From contig JAMWBK010000004.1 in NCBI GenBank assembly GCA_029953675.1, positions 1,488,001-1,552,000 of the forward strand: a DNA stretch of 64,000 bases, read 5' to 3'. Positions 35,571-49,192 of the stretch are shown here, piece by piece. A model generated the notes under the pieces. The model did no database searches. It was not told where the DNA came from and worked only from the letters and a program-made list of their open reading frames with translations. Every line of letters starts with the position of its first letter. The first letter of the stretch is position 1. Both the position numbers and the translations under genes were made by a program. Source of the stretch: Rhodosorus marinus CCMP1338 (taxonomy: Eukaryota > Plantae > Rhodophyta).

Positions 35571-36796
35571 CGTTTACGCCACCAAAGCTCCCGCCCCTAA
35601 AAACGCTCCCAAAAGGTTGACTCGATCTCTTTCTCACGTCCGAAAAAAAATGTCTAAACAATTCCTCCACTAGAAGATTGCAATTCAAACGTTCTGATAA
35701 ATAAAGTCGTCATGTTCTAATTTCTTGATCGCTGCTCTTTCTACCTTTCCAAGAAATGCCCGAACGCCCCAGAGCCCCTCTCCCTCTTCCACCCGCGAAC
35801 GAGAGCTTCCCAAATCGATGTGAAAGAACGAGCTATCGACCGACACAGAAATCGATAGGGTCTATTTCGCCAGGGGGGAGGGGGGACAAGGAACTATGAA
35901 ATTCTCGTACGTTCCTTCTACTGCACCAAAATCATTCAGATGAGGATCCTCGAAGAGAACCAGAATGTATCCTCCCTTTTCATACGACCAATGTACAAAA
36001 GCCCTCTCAACGTTGTGCGTAGGCCGGAAAGAGCCCTTTATGGTTGTTTACAAATTCGGATGGTTTTGTTTTCCCTCTATGTTTGGATCTTTATCTTTCC
36101 AGTCTCTGTTCAGAGCGTCTCTCTCCCAAGAAAGAAACAATCGAACCTTTCAACGACAACAGCCTCACAAGCGCCATGGAGTATTCCGTCTTAATGGATA
36201 ACGAGATGGACCGCGTAACCAAATTAATTATCAAAAACTTGATTTGTATTGAAAAGTTTCGACAATTCAAGGTTTACAGATGGCGGGAAAAGTAATATTG
36301 GCCTATTTTTGGCCCGGCCGGGGATGGGTTTTTGGGTAGCTTGTTGCTCGGGTCTGAGTTGAAGATGTGGATAAGTTGACTCTGGGTACTGTCTAGCCTG
36401 ACTTTTTTCAGGCTCCCCGTAGCTAATCATAAAGCTCGTTCGTTTCTCGATCAACGGTCAATGTTGTTGGTTATGCTCATTCCGTCCGTCTATCCGACCC
36501 CAGCCAAGCTCGGTTTCACGTGTGACGTTTCGAGACAAACGGAATCACGTATCTCCGAACACGTCCGGAAACAGTTTTGATAATAATATCACGTCCTCTG
36601 GGCTCTGGCTCATGGACTCGGACTCAACCGATTGACGAGTTTCCTCCAAGGCTGTATACAAATTCTGAACTCGCTCGTGAGAAACCTCATGCGACTACTC
36701 CCTATGCACTGTTAGTTATGTTTAGTTCTTTTGGCAATATCACTAATCTACATCCTACATCTCGGAGGAGCTAATTCTCGGTTCGGTTTGCTCCTC

Positions 36797-39700
36797 TCAT
36801 TCCTCTATGAGAGTCCACTTCGAGGACCCTGTCGGTCCACTCTTGGAGATTCTTGCAACCCTCTTGAGGAGTTCCTTGAAAGTCACCATTTGCTTGCCGG
36901 GTACTGTATCCTTGAAATGGTTCACAAGGTCAATCGTCGCTGCCGAGCCGCCCTTGCTAGTAAGAAAATCTCTGATCTTTCCAATCAGCTCAACGTTAGC
37001 ATCCATCTGCTGGCGGGGTGCCCCAGTGTTCCTCTCCTTAATTTTGTCCAGGATTTTTGACGCTCGGCCTCCTCCGCTGCCAACTCGACGACCGAATGTT
37101 GGGCGTCCTGCATCTCCGGAGCGACCCGTCCACGTGGGTACTGCAACACTCCTGCAAACGTCAACCAACACCCAAAAGAAATTTTCAGACCCAAAGCTGG
37201 ATGGTAGATCTTTGCTGAAAGCTTCAGAAAACAGCTCAACTGTTGCAGTCGCTCCCTCCGCGATTCTCGTAAAGCCCTCGCCGCTTCTCTTGCTATCCTT
37301 GTCGCTTCATGTTCAATGACTTGCATATCCACAGAAGTCTCCCCCGCTTGAAGGATATGATCATGGTTAATAGTAGAATGCAGTCCTTCGGACTCAAACA
37401 AGTTCTGCAGAATCGATGCATCTCCCTTCTTCTGCCTTTCCGGTTCATCGTCGTCCTCCACGATCTCAGCCTCGTACGTGGGTTCCGGTTTCACATCGTC
37501 ACCGCGCTGCTTCACCTCCTCGACATCAACGCCAGCAAAAATGTCTCCGGTTTCAGTTCCCCCCTCATACTCCTCGTGATACGTGAAAAGGTCATTCATA
37601 TCTTTGGCTTTGAAGAACCTCCTTTGCTTCGGGTCGTTTAACACCTGTCAAAATTCGATTCGAAAGTGGGTAAAGCTGGTTCAGGTCCATGGTTCTCACT
37701 GCAATCTCGAATCAGAGCCTTTCAGAACGAGTACCTTGTTACTAAGAAACTGTTTGTAGATCTGCCTGTGGTAAATTTTCTCTTCAATTGTGCCTCTGGT
37801 CACCAGGCGATAAATAATCACTTCTCGCTTCTGTCCAATTCTCCACGAGCGTTCCCTGGCTTGAAGATCGTTGCTCGGGTTCCAATCTGGTTCGTAGAGA
37901 ACTACCCGGTCGGCTCCCGTGAGATTAATTCCAAACCCTCCTACCTGTCATACCGCAATATACAGCAAGAGAGGCGCTCAATCTGCGACTCGTTCGGATG
38001 GAAACAAACCCTGTTCACTACAGGGGGAAATGTGACCCTTACCTTGGTCGTCAAAAGGAAGATGAAAACCTCTTCATCCGTGTTGAACCTATCAATCAAC
38101 GCCATTCGCTTGCTTACTGGTGTACTGCCATCCATTCGGAGGTACGCGTAGTTGCGTTTCAGAATAAACGATTGTATCAAGTCGAGCAGAGTCGTCGTCT
38201 GCGTGAAGAGCAGTACTCGGTTTTTGCTGCTATGCCAGCCTTCCAGGACGTTGCTTAACACCCTGCATATTCATAGGCACAGAGTTACATGTCGAGGAAG
38301 CCATTGTCAGCCAGCTTCAGTTCCAGCGCGGAAAACAGGCAGACTCGGAAGGAGCGTACGTCAACTTTCCGCTTCGTTGTAAGCTTCCATATTCTTCTCC
38401 CTCCTCCGGAGGTTCAAAAATATCCGGATGATTGCAGATCTTCCGCAGATTGGAGGCCGCGACCAGCATATTGAGGTTTCCCGTGAGGACAGAGCGGACA
38501 TCCCGGCCACTAAGGTAGTCCAAGTACTTCTCCTTCTGATACTCTGTCATTCGACAGAAAAGAATCTGATCGATCACGAGCAGGGTAAGGGTAAGCCCCT
38601 TGAACGCCTCTCAAGCATCAACAGTGTACCAAGCCATTGCCATACCTGCTCGTGCTTTTCAGGTAGCTGAATAGCCACGTCTTTTTTCATTCTCCTCAGA
38701 ACGTACGGCGTTATCAAATCCTTCAGGATGATTGCGCAGTGGTACGCGGTGTGGATCTGCGCGGCAGATGCAGTCGCGTAGCCCCCTATCGCGATGGGGA
38801 CACTGAATTCGCGTTCGAAAACTGGCAAAGTTCCAAGTTTTCCGGGGAAGATGAAATCGAACAAGCTCCATAACTCTCTCAATCGGTTTTGGATTGGCGA
38901 ACCGCTCATAATGATACGATGTGGCGTTTCCAGTCGCTTGATTGTTAGTGTGACGTCTGCATCTGGATTTCTGATACGATGGCCTTCGTCCAAAATCACG
39001 TAGGCCCAGTCCGCTACGATGAACGGGTCCCTGTTTCTACGGACCTACGGGTTTTATCAGGGTTCATCAGCGGCGAGCTGGAGGGTAATAGTATAGTTGC
39101 TTTGATATCGTACCAATTCGTAAGTTGTGACAAGCGCGCCTTTACTCCTTCTCAGAGCACGCACTTGCTTCCTAACTAGCTCCCCGCTAGTCAAACCCCC
39201 GGTCATGTCGGATTGATGCAGTATTCTCACATCGACCGATGGCCACCAGTTGAAAAATTCTCGCTTCCACTGTTGCAAAAGCGTGGCTGGTACGACAATT
39301 AGCACATTGCCATCGAGCTTCTCGCTGTAGTCCAAGCAGGCCAAAAAGGCAATAATCTGCGACATTATATACGTGGTGTTTTTTTTTGTGAGCGACAGGA
39401 TTAGAAGCTGGGGGCTCGGCTCCCTAGATGTTGAGTGGAAGACATCCCTACGCACCTGTACAGTTTTTCCTAGGCCCATTTCGTCGCCTAGAATTCCTCC
39501 GCATTCTTGCTGGTGAAGCTCCCACATCCATTTTAAACCAGTTCTTTGATAAGGAAACAAGTTCTGATAAATAGCCCCGGGAATTCTGAGCCCTCCTTCC
39601 AGCGTTTCATCCTCAATTTCTCGGTCTCCTTCGTCATTTCCTTCTTCGTCATTAGTCTGTACAAGGGTTGCAGCTGGTGAGGGGATGCGGAGTGTCAGAG

Positions 39701-40277
39701 GAGGTCAGCCTGAGCTTGAAAACTGGACTGATGTATGTGGCGAGCCTGTAGGTGATCTCTTACGCGCAGCTTTGCTTAGGTGCACTTCATCCTCTTTTTC
39801 CTCCACCTGTACAGCAGAGAAAGGGGTTATCTGGCCAGTTCGTAGCAATCTATCTCGCTCCGTCTCCTCGCTCTGCTCCTGAAGAATAGCATCTGCGGCC
39901 GCAAGCGCAGCTTGCGCATCTTCCGCTCTTATTCTCGCATCGACCACCTTCCGTCGCTTCGCAGCAATCTCCTTTTTGTTATTCGGATCCTTTCGTTTCA
40001 GGTCCTCCAAATCCTTATCAAGTATAAGCAGTTCATTTAGGCTTCTCTGTTCGAAGTAAGAGATCCCAGGACAGAAAAAGGAGTCCAACCATGCCTCACT
40101 TACTTTCTGAAGCTGAACCAGCTCATCTTCAAACAAATCTACCCGCTTCCTTCTCTTACTCTGCAAGTCATCTGCACAATCATTCTCCCACTGTTGTACA
40201 ACCCTCGCCTCCTCTTCCTCCGCGTTTCTAACGGAAACTTCACCAAAGCTAACGTCCTTCAACTCCCCTTCCCTCAT
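36797..40277 (-). CDS. ERCC6: ERCC6/CSB/Rad26 SNF2-family ATPase (transcription-coupled repair)
   Basis: Motifs [63 protein letters not shown] and RMDGSTP, plus the C-terminal winged helix (FKELLKRVA). Confidence 0.92.
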
Positions 40278-41818
40278 CTCGAACCATCAACCATCACTCC
40301 TATCGCACGTCGAAACCCCGCAAGCACATCCGACAAAAAATTCCAGAACTGTCGTAATGTCCAAGAAAAATTGAGTCAGCTCTTCTCAAAGCTCACTGAA
40401 ACGCCCTCAAGACCCTCTCACAACCCTCAAAGCTCCACTCAAAGCCACTCAATGATTCAAGAACTGAGAATACAGATCCAACTCCCACTATACTCTCCTA
40501 GGAGCTCTCCGCAAAACCTCAAGACTAGACCCTCCACCCCTACCCTAGACCACGGCACATCCAATCTATAACTTCAGAACAGATTATCAACAATCCTCGT
40601 GCAGATCCAAGACCAAACTTCTGTCACCACCACCACCACCACCCCACCAGGCCTGTCCTCTCCACGGAATCGATACCTGCCTACGCAAAAGTTGCCGCGG
40701 TATCCCTCCCAGTCAGTAGCACGGTGCACGGTGAGGGTGGAATGACCAAAAAACTTCTGAGACAACCTGATAAACAAAAAAAAGGAAAGGGCCACCAGAA
40801 ATCTTCAAAACTGAACGACTCCTATGTCGCTCCATCCCCTCCCCCACCCGTTTCCATGCTCCTCAGCCAGACAAATACTTATTCCCACTAAGCAAACGGA
40901 CTGGTTTGGCTCTCCTAAAAAAAAAACAATATTAAGAAATCAATGAAAAGTTTCAAATATAAATATAATAGTTATTTAATTAGCATCACCTCAAATATTT
41001 CCAAAATGCAAAACATGATTCAGATGTTATTGCGTAATTATTTTGTAATACATTCTCAACGATATTTGAATAAAAAATATAAATGGAGTATGACATTTTA
41101 TTTTTGATAATTTTAATATGATGTATTCAATAAAAAAATGATATTTAGTACATTCATAGATTAGTGAGTTTTTAAATTGATAAAACCTTTTATTTATTTT
41201 ATGATATGATTAAATATTTTTGAATACAAGTAAGATTCGGATGTGGGTTTCTTGTGCTCGAGGAGTTGAAGGCATTGGGCATTTAGAGCTCGACGGGGTT
41301 TGATCTTCTTTGATTGCTGAAGTGAGCTTTCTGCAGATTCTATAGATGTTCATGACATTGGACTCTGTAAATGATAAAGGGCGATACGGCTTTTGTTGTT
41401 GTCTGTACAGATTGATGTTCTGTCCCCCCCCCCCTCGGAGCGCATCCCGGTTTCTAGGGGTCGGTACGTGAGCTCCTGTGGAAAAGATCAGAAATTGGAG
41501 TGCGACTGACCTTGGACATCGACTGCTCCCCGTAGATGATCTAATCATCCGCAAAAGACCGCAAGGATTAACTCAGTCTGCGGTCGTTACGCACTTTTCG
41601 GTCGAAATGCACGAAATCCCAACCGTGTGGATTTGTTTTAGGAAGCGCTGAGCTCGATGGAGTTGAACTGCTTCGATTGCTGTTGTGAGCGTTCTCGAGA
41701 TTCTATGGATTTGATGACACTGGCCTGCGAGAGATGATAAGGGTCCATGCAGTTTGTTGCTGCTGACGATATGGCTGAAAGAGAGGATGAACAGGACGGA
41801 GAGAAGGAGCCGTCGAAT

Positions 41819-43521
41819 ATGTTCAATTTGAAGATCGTGGTACTGCTTTTCAGCGTGTCCCTGAAGATGTTATTCTTTCCGGCGTACCGTAGTACTGACT
41901 TTGAGGTACACCGAAACTGGTTGGCAATAACGTCATCGCTCCCGCTTGAGCAGTGGTACACTGACGAGACCTCAGTTTGGACGCTGGATTATCCACCGAT
42001 GTTCGCTTACTTTGAGGTAAGAAAATAATCAGCCCCAGCGTAGAAGATCTATGAAGCGAGGCGATGATTGCGGTGCGGATTTTTAACAGCAGCAAGCCTG
42101 CCTCCTTGTCGGTCAGTTTGGACTGGGATTCATCGCAAAATGGGTAGACGACGAGATGCTTATTCTGGACAATATTCCTTATGCATCGCTTGAAACCATT
42201 GTCTTTCAGCGACTGACCGTTATCCTGTTCGGAGATTTAGCGATTTTTGCTGCCGTTCAGGCACATCATGCTAGTGCATATGACCTTGCACTCTTGCTTC
42301 TGCACCCCGCACTCCTGATCGTTGACAATATTCATTTTCAGTACAATGGCTTCGCTATTGGAGCGCTGCTTCTTGCCCTGGCCTGGTTGCCAGATCGCAG
42401 ATTGGCTCCACTCGGAGCCGCTTTCTTCGCTATCGCGCTAAACTTGAAGCAGACACTGCTTTTTGCGGTGCCCGCAGTAACGCTGGTTGTTCTGATATCT
42501 GCTCCGATTCTCCAGGCTGTAGTTTCCTTCTCGGGGGTATTCCTAGGGATATGGCTGCCATTCATCAAACAGACTGACGTATTGATCAAGAGACTGTTTC
42601 CATTCGGCCGGGGACTGCTACACAGCTATTGGGCTCCGAACGTTTGGGCATTAATCGCATCGCTGGATATTTTCGCGTCCGCGTTGATTGGTGGCGAGCC
42701 TTCGCCGAGTACAAGAGGCCTTATCGGGTTTGCTGAACCGTTCGTCATCATGCCGAACCCTTCTCCCCTTGGATCACTGTGCATGACTATCCTCGCAATG
42801 TTACCAGCCCTATTCTACCTGGCGCTCAACAAGGGGGACCGAAGGACGAAACTCCTGGTATGTACACCTTTGAATCAGCTCTCCGAAGAGATGCTCCGTC
42901 TGTTTCACTAGGTCTCAATACTCCTCTTTCCGCGGTAGATCGCCGTAAGCCATTCGTTTCTTTCTGCGTTCGTGTTCGGATGGCATGTTCACGAGAAAGC
43001 ATTGCTGCTGGCAATTCTACCTCTATGCTTTGTTGCTGGTCACCACGATCGATGGTGCTCGGTTTTTCGAGTTCTATGCATGAGCGGAACTCTCTCGATG
43101 TTCCCGTTACTATACGAACCAGCCGAGCTGCTCCCCAAGTACATGCTCTTCCTCGGTTTCGCCGCCTTTTTGGCAACCACGATGAATCGGAACTGGACTC
43201 TAATTGAGTCAGTATACTACACCGGGATGATTCCAATTGAAATTTACTCTAGTACGCCAAATTTGGGCATTGGAAATTCAAACTGTTCTAACACGCTGCG
43301 CATCTAACTCCGTTTCCCGCCGTCCAGCTTTTGTGCATACGAAAGTGCTCCCGGTGGGCTATGAGTTTGTGCCTCAGGCTCTCATCTCTTGCTATTGTGC
43401 AGTTGGAATTGTGTTCGCGTACTGCAGAAGTACATCTATACTTCTTTCGAGTATATCGGCGTCGAAGAGCCAATCTGATGACGGTGGTCAAGGACAACCA
43501 AAGGAGCTGAAGAGGGACTGA
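41819..43521 (+). CDS. ALG8: Dol-P-Glc alpha-1,3-glucosyltransferase ALG8
   Basis: Motifs [60 protein letters not shown] and FGWHVHEKA. An alternative start at 41771 is possible. Confidence 0.92.
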
Positions 43522-43834
43522 TTGAAGGGCAGCAGATAGGGAGACTAATAACCAGATTGAAGGAATTCACTTCTTGGTGCGAAGGGACATTGAGACGTGC
43601 GAAAACACGATGGCCATATATGCGGACTACCACGCACAGCCACTCGAACTATCCCTCTGCGAGCTGTATTTAATAGGGTCACTCGGCCAAGCGGCAGAAT
43701 CGTTGCAACTAGCCGCAGAGGCAGATCCTTCCAGAAGACGCAGATCAGTACGCAGGGTCAAGGCAATATTCACTGGCAGTGTCATAGACGTTTCTTTTCA
43801 AAGCAGCGAGCTGCCTTCTGTGGATCCTCAGTCC

Positions 43835-44195
43835 TGAGACCTCGCTCCAAGGAGAATCGAAATTGTTGGAGATCAGCAGTGGGACTTTATCCTTTTTGGT
43901 TTTCCAGGAACACTGGTTTTCTCCTGAATGGTGAAGCGAGACGTTCATGTCCTTCGACTTTAGGCGAAGACGTTCACGTTCACTGCCAACTGGACGTCTG
44001 CTCCAAGTCAGGTATTGGCCTGAAAACCCTAGAAAGTGTTCTGGTAGATTACTGGTGTCCTTGATCGTGGTAAAAGGCTACTACTTGCCTCTCAAGGCTG
44101 GTGTGCGGAATAGGTCTTCGCCTGCACGTTTTTTAAATCAGGCTCTCTCTTTCAAACTATGGAAGCCAACACCGCCCGCGGTAGAGGTATCGTTT
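43835..44195 (-). mobile_element. Degenerate Ty3/gypsy integrase remnant (zinc-binding region)
   Basis: With stops and frameshifts: YLYRGRCWLP..LERQVVAFYHDQGHQ*STRTLSRV..(P)DLGADVQ..PWSEVS. This resembles the gypsy pattern IL.xxHD..GH.G..RTL..I, YWP.L..DV and PW..VSMDF. Confidence 0.55.
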
Positions 44196-45098
44196 GTTGA
44201 AAACCTTGTGAGATATCTCTGGAGTGAGCGACCTAATTCCTGTTCGCTGACATTGGCCTGCTCCTCTTTTTCATCCCGAGAATACGATTGGCCTGATCCT
44301 CCCACGTTTCAATCCGCCTGATTCCTTTCACCGCTCACAAACTGATTTAGCCTGCTTTTGCGCATCAATTGAGTTGACGCGGAGTCTTTTTAATCCAGGC
44401 TTAAGTCAGTTCTAAGCGCTCTAATCGATACTTTAACACACACGTCGAGCAAAAAAAAAGTCGAAACCAACCCAGTCGCGCCAGATATCAACGAGGTAGC
44501 ATCCTCCACACATCGATAATCGATGCAATCCACGGCCGTGAACAAATCCATATTATTTGCACACATTCGAAATTATTATGGACTATTGTGGAGGAAACAA
44601 ACTAATTGTTTTTAAATATTACCATCCGTGGGACACTCCGTATTGATCAAATAATCAATATTTTAAATTATATTTACTAAATTTAGTTAATTTTATCCTT
44701 TACTATGGTTTCAAAACACCTGTTGTCCCCCATTCGTGCAAATATTATGGAACATTGTATCCTAAGCAAAAAAAATTAAAAATGGATACGACAGGGTTAG
44801 TGTGCGCCAGGGTGGAGGGGAGGGGGGGGGAAGGAGGTCAGTGGAGATTACTGGGTACTCTGGAAGAAGGCTTTGTACATAGCACACATAATACATAGGA
44901 ATATGGAGCGGTGAAGAAGAGCCGGTTCATTGTGAGGAAGGGGCTTAGCTGAGCTGATCGAGGTTTTTGAGGGTGGGGTGGGTGAGTTGAGTGGGTTGCT
45001 GAGGTTGTTTTGCTTCCGAGTTTTTCGGCAGGACGCTGGCGAAGTCTCGTCACTGAAGAAATTCTTTGTTTTGCTTTCAGGGGTAGATTCAACTGAAG

Positions 45099-47980
45099 AT
45101 GGGAAAGAGAAGCCAAGGGGGAGGAAGGGGACGTGGAAAGGGTCGTGGGAAAAGAAGGAAGAAGGGGAGCCCTGAGCGACTTCTCCGAAGTGAGCTCCGG
45201 CGTTCTAAGACTCTGGACAGGGTTGCGGTTGCGTCAGTGGAAAACATTGCGAATGAAGAGGATGAGCAGGACATTTACGATGAGGTTGAGGCTGGAAGCA
45301 GCCAGGGGGAGGACGCTTATGGGTCTTTGGTTGGGATTCTGGGCAACTCCGGGTTTGAGACTGCCAAAGAATCACCAGGTTCAAGTGATCGAGAGTCGTT
45401 CGAGGACAGCGCGGGCGAAGGAGATAATTGCGAGGAAGGATTTTCGGATGAAGAAGACGATCCAGATTTGAACGAAAAGGAAGCTGAAGAGGAGCCGAGT
45501 CTGGAAATTAACCCAAGTGACGGAGCCAAGGCATTGGATGCCGAGCACGACCTGCTCGAACCTGTTCTGGACAAGAAAACGCGTGAAAAGGTTCAGAAGA
45601 ACGATCAAAAGTGGGAAAAGCAGTGCGAACTCGGTACAAGGCTCCGGTATCAGGTATCTCATTTGCCGATTTGTAACTTCTGGGAAAACTTCTCACCCAG
45701 CTCCTCTAAACAATACTATTTTCCACTTCGACGCAACAGTTCCGTCGAAGTCATGCACAATGTCCCGCTCCTAAGAGTCTTGAAGTGTTCTCCGAGATCG
45801 GTCAGACGGGAATTTCGTTGCGGATGAAGACGCAATACGAACATTGGATGGGAACCACCAGCCTATCCGAGAGTGCAGGAGCTTTTGCGGCCTCGGTTTC
45901 GAGCTATAGGGACGTGCTTTGGACGGTCAAAACGGAACCAGAAGAGATGCACGAACTTGAACAAGTTCTAGCATCGTGGGTTGTTTCTCACGTCCTGCGC
46001 GCTCGAACTCGAGTGCTCCGTCACTCCGCTCAGTTGCGAGCTTCGAAGCAGCAAGACACGGATTCAGCCGATGTGCAACATCAGAACGGTGAGCATTGAA
46101 TGAAGCATCGATTTGGGTGCAAAGAAGAAAGCCTTAGAAGCGAGCGCGATGTGCCATTCTCTTCGCGCTGTTTTAGGCCATGAAGATCCCTCATCTAGGG
46201 TGCAAGACCAGGGTTTCACGAGGTGCAGGGCACTTATCATCCTTCCATATCGGTCCAGTGCATACAAATTTGTGACGTCTCTGTGCGAGTTAACCGTTCC
46301 GCCTACTGATGGTTCGGAGAAGAGCCAAATTGTCAACAAGAAGCGCTTCAAAGAGTCCTTTGGATCTGTAAGTTCGGCATTGACGGTCCCTCTGATGCTA
46401 TAGGAATCGACTAGGAGTAGTTATTATCTGTTCTTGCTTCCCTAGTGCGACGTGAAATGATGATTATCGCAGTCCGACTTCCCCAAAGCGTGGTCAATAG
46501 AGGGATACTACTCCGATCTCCTGTTGTACTTGCGTGCAGCCTGTCGACTGCTGTCGATGATTATGGAATTGATCATTCAACCTTTGGCTGAGCTTCGAAT
46601 TCTTATAATTGACTAGGTGGAGGAGGAAGAGGACGAGGAGACGAAGCGAAAGAAACCAGACGACTATTGGGAATTGTTCTCCGGAAACACAGATGACGAC
46701 TTTCTGCTTGGAATACAAATGGGAAGGAGGACTGTTCGATTGTTTTCAAGCTACTATGCTAGTGATGTGATCGTAGGGTCGCCAGTTGGCATCCGAAGGC
46801 AAATCGAGTCCGAAGTCGCCGAGGCTAGTGAGGACACGAAGGAGGAGGCATCTCGGGCTGCGTCGGATTTTCTCTCATCGGTGGAGATGTTGGTTGTGGA
46901 CGGAGTTCGATCCTTGTCCATGCAGAACTGGGATCATCTGAACTTTTTGTTCAAGAATCTGAACAACATGCCGGGTAGAATCAGAGATACGGACTTTTCC
47001 CGAGTACGCCCGTACTTTCTCGATGACTTGATGAAGATGTATCGTCAAACAATCTTCCTTGCCGAGTAAGATACGAAGAATGTAGCAAGCGCTCTAGGTT
47101 TTCAAGTCGGAAACTAATGATTTGGAATTTCTGTGACTCAGGTACACAACACCACGCCTGTTGAGCTTGTTCCGATCATGCCTGAACCACTCTGGCAAAC
47201 TTTGGATTCGTGATCTTTCGCTTGTGGGGACGAACTCACGCATTCTACAGAGGACGAAGCAGGTATTTAGCGAACAGCAAAAAAGAAGGCAGATCGCTGC
47301 AGTCCCGAGAACATACGTCATCCTAAGATTATATCATGTATGCACCTAGGTTTTCAACCTCATACCCGGAACCAGTCTGGCAGTTGAATCAGCAACAAAC
47401 CGGTTCGACTTCTTTGTGAAAAACACTTTACCACATTTGCGAGAATCGGTGAGCTCCGGAGTCCTTATCTTCGTGTCGAACTACTTTGATTATGTTCGGC
47501 TTCGAAACCATTTCGTGAAGCTTCGAAAGGACTCGAGTAGTTTCCGGTTTGCTGGAGTTTCGGAGTACAGCAAAGGACCAGAGATTACGCGGTCACGGTC
47601 AAGGTAAGCTTCATTCATTACCCTTTTAGCATGTCCAATTGGGATCAAGATCTCATTAGTTGCTCTCTCGACATCGCGTGCTTGAAACGTGCAGGTTCTA
47701 TCACTCGCAGGTTGACTACTTGATTGTTTCGGAACGGTTTCACTTTTTTTTTCGATACCGGTTGCGAGGGGCCAAGATGATTCTCTTCTATTCTCTCCCT
47801 GAGAATGATCACTTTTACCCGGAATTCGTGAACATGTTAGAGACAGGATCTGGAAGCCCCTGCACGGTGCTGTCGCTCTACGACAGCTACGACCTCTTCG
47901 CTCTCGCGAGAGTTGTGGGCGAGAAGCGCGCTGCTCTCATGACGAAAAAGGGCGCGAAAAGCGTGTATCTAATGTACTGA
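45099..47980 (+). CDS. UTP25: U3 snoRNA-associated protein 25 (UTP25/DIEXF), multi-exon
   Basis: Motifs SYRDVL, SHVLRARTRVLRH, QDQGFTRCRALIILPYRSSA, FSGNTDDDFLLGI, SDVIVGSPVGIR, DFLSSVE, MQNWDHL, FVSNYFDYVRLRN, ERFHFF and YSLPENDHFYPE. Confidence 0.92.
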
Positions 47981-48734
47981 CTAGCAATATTTAACGATCT
48001 TGTATGAACACCACTTCACCAGCTTTGTTCATAAAACTTTTCCGCTAAGGCATCGACTGTCACGCCGGGAACCAAAATCCTCAGCTCTGAACCTCCAGCT
48101 GTGGGGTTCGACGCAATCGAACGCATCAAAGCAAACGGGCAGTGGACGAAGCTTTTTCGGGCGCGCGCACCCGTGAAAACGAAGGCGAGAAGCCGTCCAG
48201 TCTCAAGCAAAGTACAGTTGGGTGGTACGCCCGAGTTTCAGAATAATTTCAACTGAAATAGCGCCACAGAAGTGGCTGGGGCCCATCGCTCTTGGCCCAC
48301 AGACTGAACTCTCAAATAGGTCCGGTCAGAAATGATCACAGATGATTCCGCTACAGAGCTGCTTGTTGACGTACCCTCAAAGCACTGCTCCAGTTGACCT
48401 GTTACTATTCCACAAACAGATGTTTTTGCCACGGTGGAAGGACTCCAAGTTCGTGTGAACCTTTTGACCATTTTTACACTTTTTACACTTTTCACACAAT
48501 CTACGCTTTTTTCATTACTGTATCTAAGGCCGATTGACCCTAGAATACTCTTTTTATGTACAGCTGTGAGCCATAATATTCAAAGAGTCTGTCCAGAACA
48601 CATAAGATAAGTCCTCCTCTCTCCGTAGATCTAGAGTTTTTCGTTTTTGTGCCTTTTTTTACGTAGGAAGTGGCCAACAAGGAACTAGATCAATTCAACG
48701 GAATACAGATTTGAAGACAATCTGCCATTACCCT

Positions 48735-49192
48735 GAAAGGGTTGTGGTCTGTGCGAAGTATGAATCTTTGCGCCTCCACACACGCCCGGCAATGTAGCAC
48801 GGCCAGGGTTGAGGCAAGCAATTCTCATTCATATATCCAGTGGTTCTGCTCAGTAGCTGTTGTAACAACTTCGGCGAAAAGTACGCAATTGGACGCTCTC
48901 CGTCTTCGAAAGTCTGCAGTGGCACAGCACCCACTCCCTTGCTGCTGGCGTCCGTGAAAATTACGAATGTTTGCGTCAATTCCGGGATGCGAGGGACTGG
49001 CTGCTCATCAGCTTTTCCCGTAATGTGTCAAAAGCTTGTTGTTGCTAAGGTCCCCACCGAAAGTTGATGTCCTTCTTACTTAGGCCCGTCAAAGGTGCTG
49101 TGACGAGGCTGAACTTCGACGCATAACTGCGCAGATATCCCAGGGAAGCCCACGAAGGATCTTACGTCACATACATTCTCCGGAGCTCGCCA
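48735..49192 (-). mobile_element. Degenerate Ty3/gypsy pol remnant (RT thumb and RNase H)
   Basis: WRAPENVCDVRSFVGF.GYLRSYASKFSLVTAPLTGLSKKDINFRWGP*QQQAFDTLREKL..FVIFTDASSKGVGAV..GERPIAYFS..YE*ELLA..FILRTDHNP, with several stops and frameshifts. A possible integrase-core scrap (AYHP) lies at 48219-48230. Confidence 0.9.
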
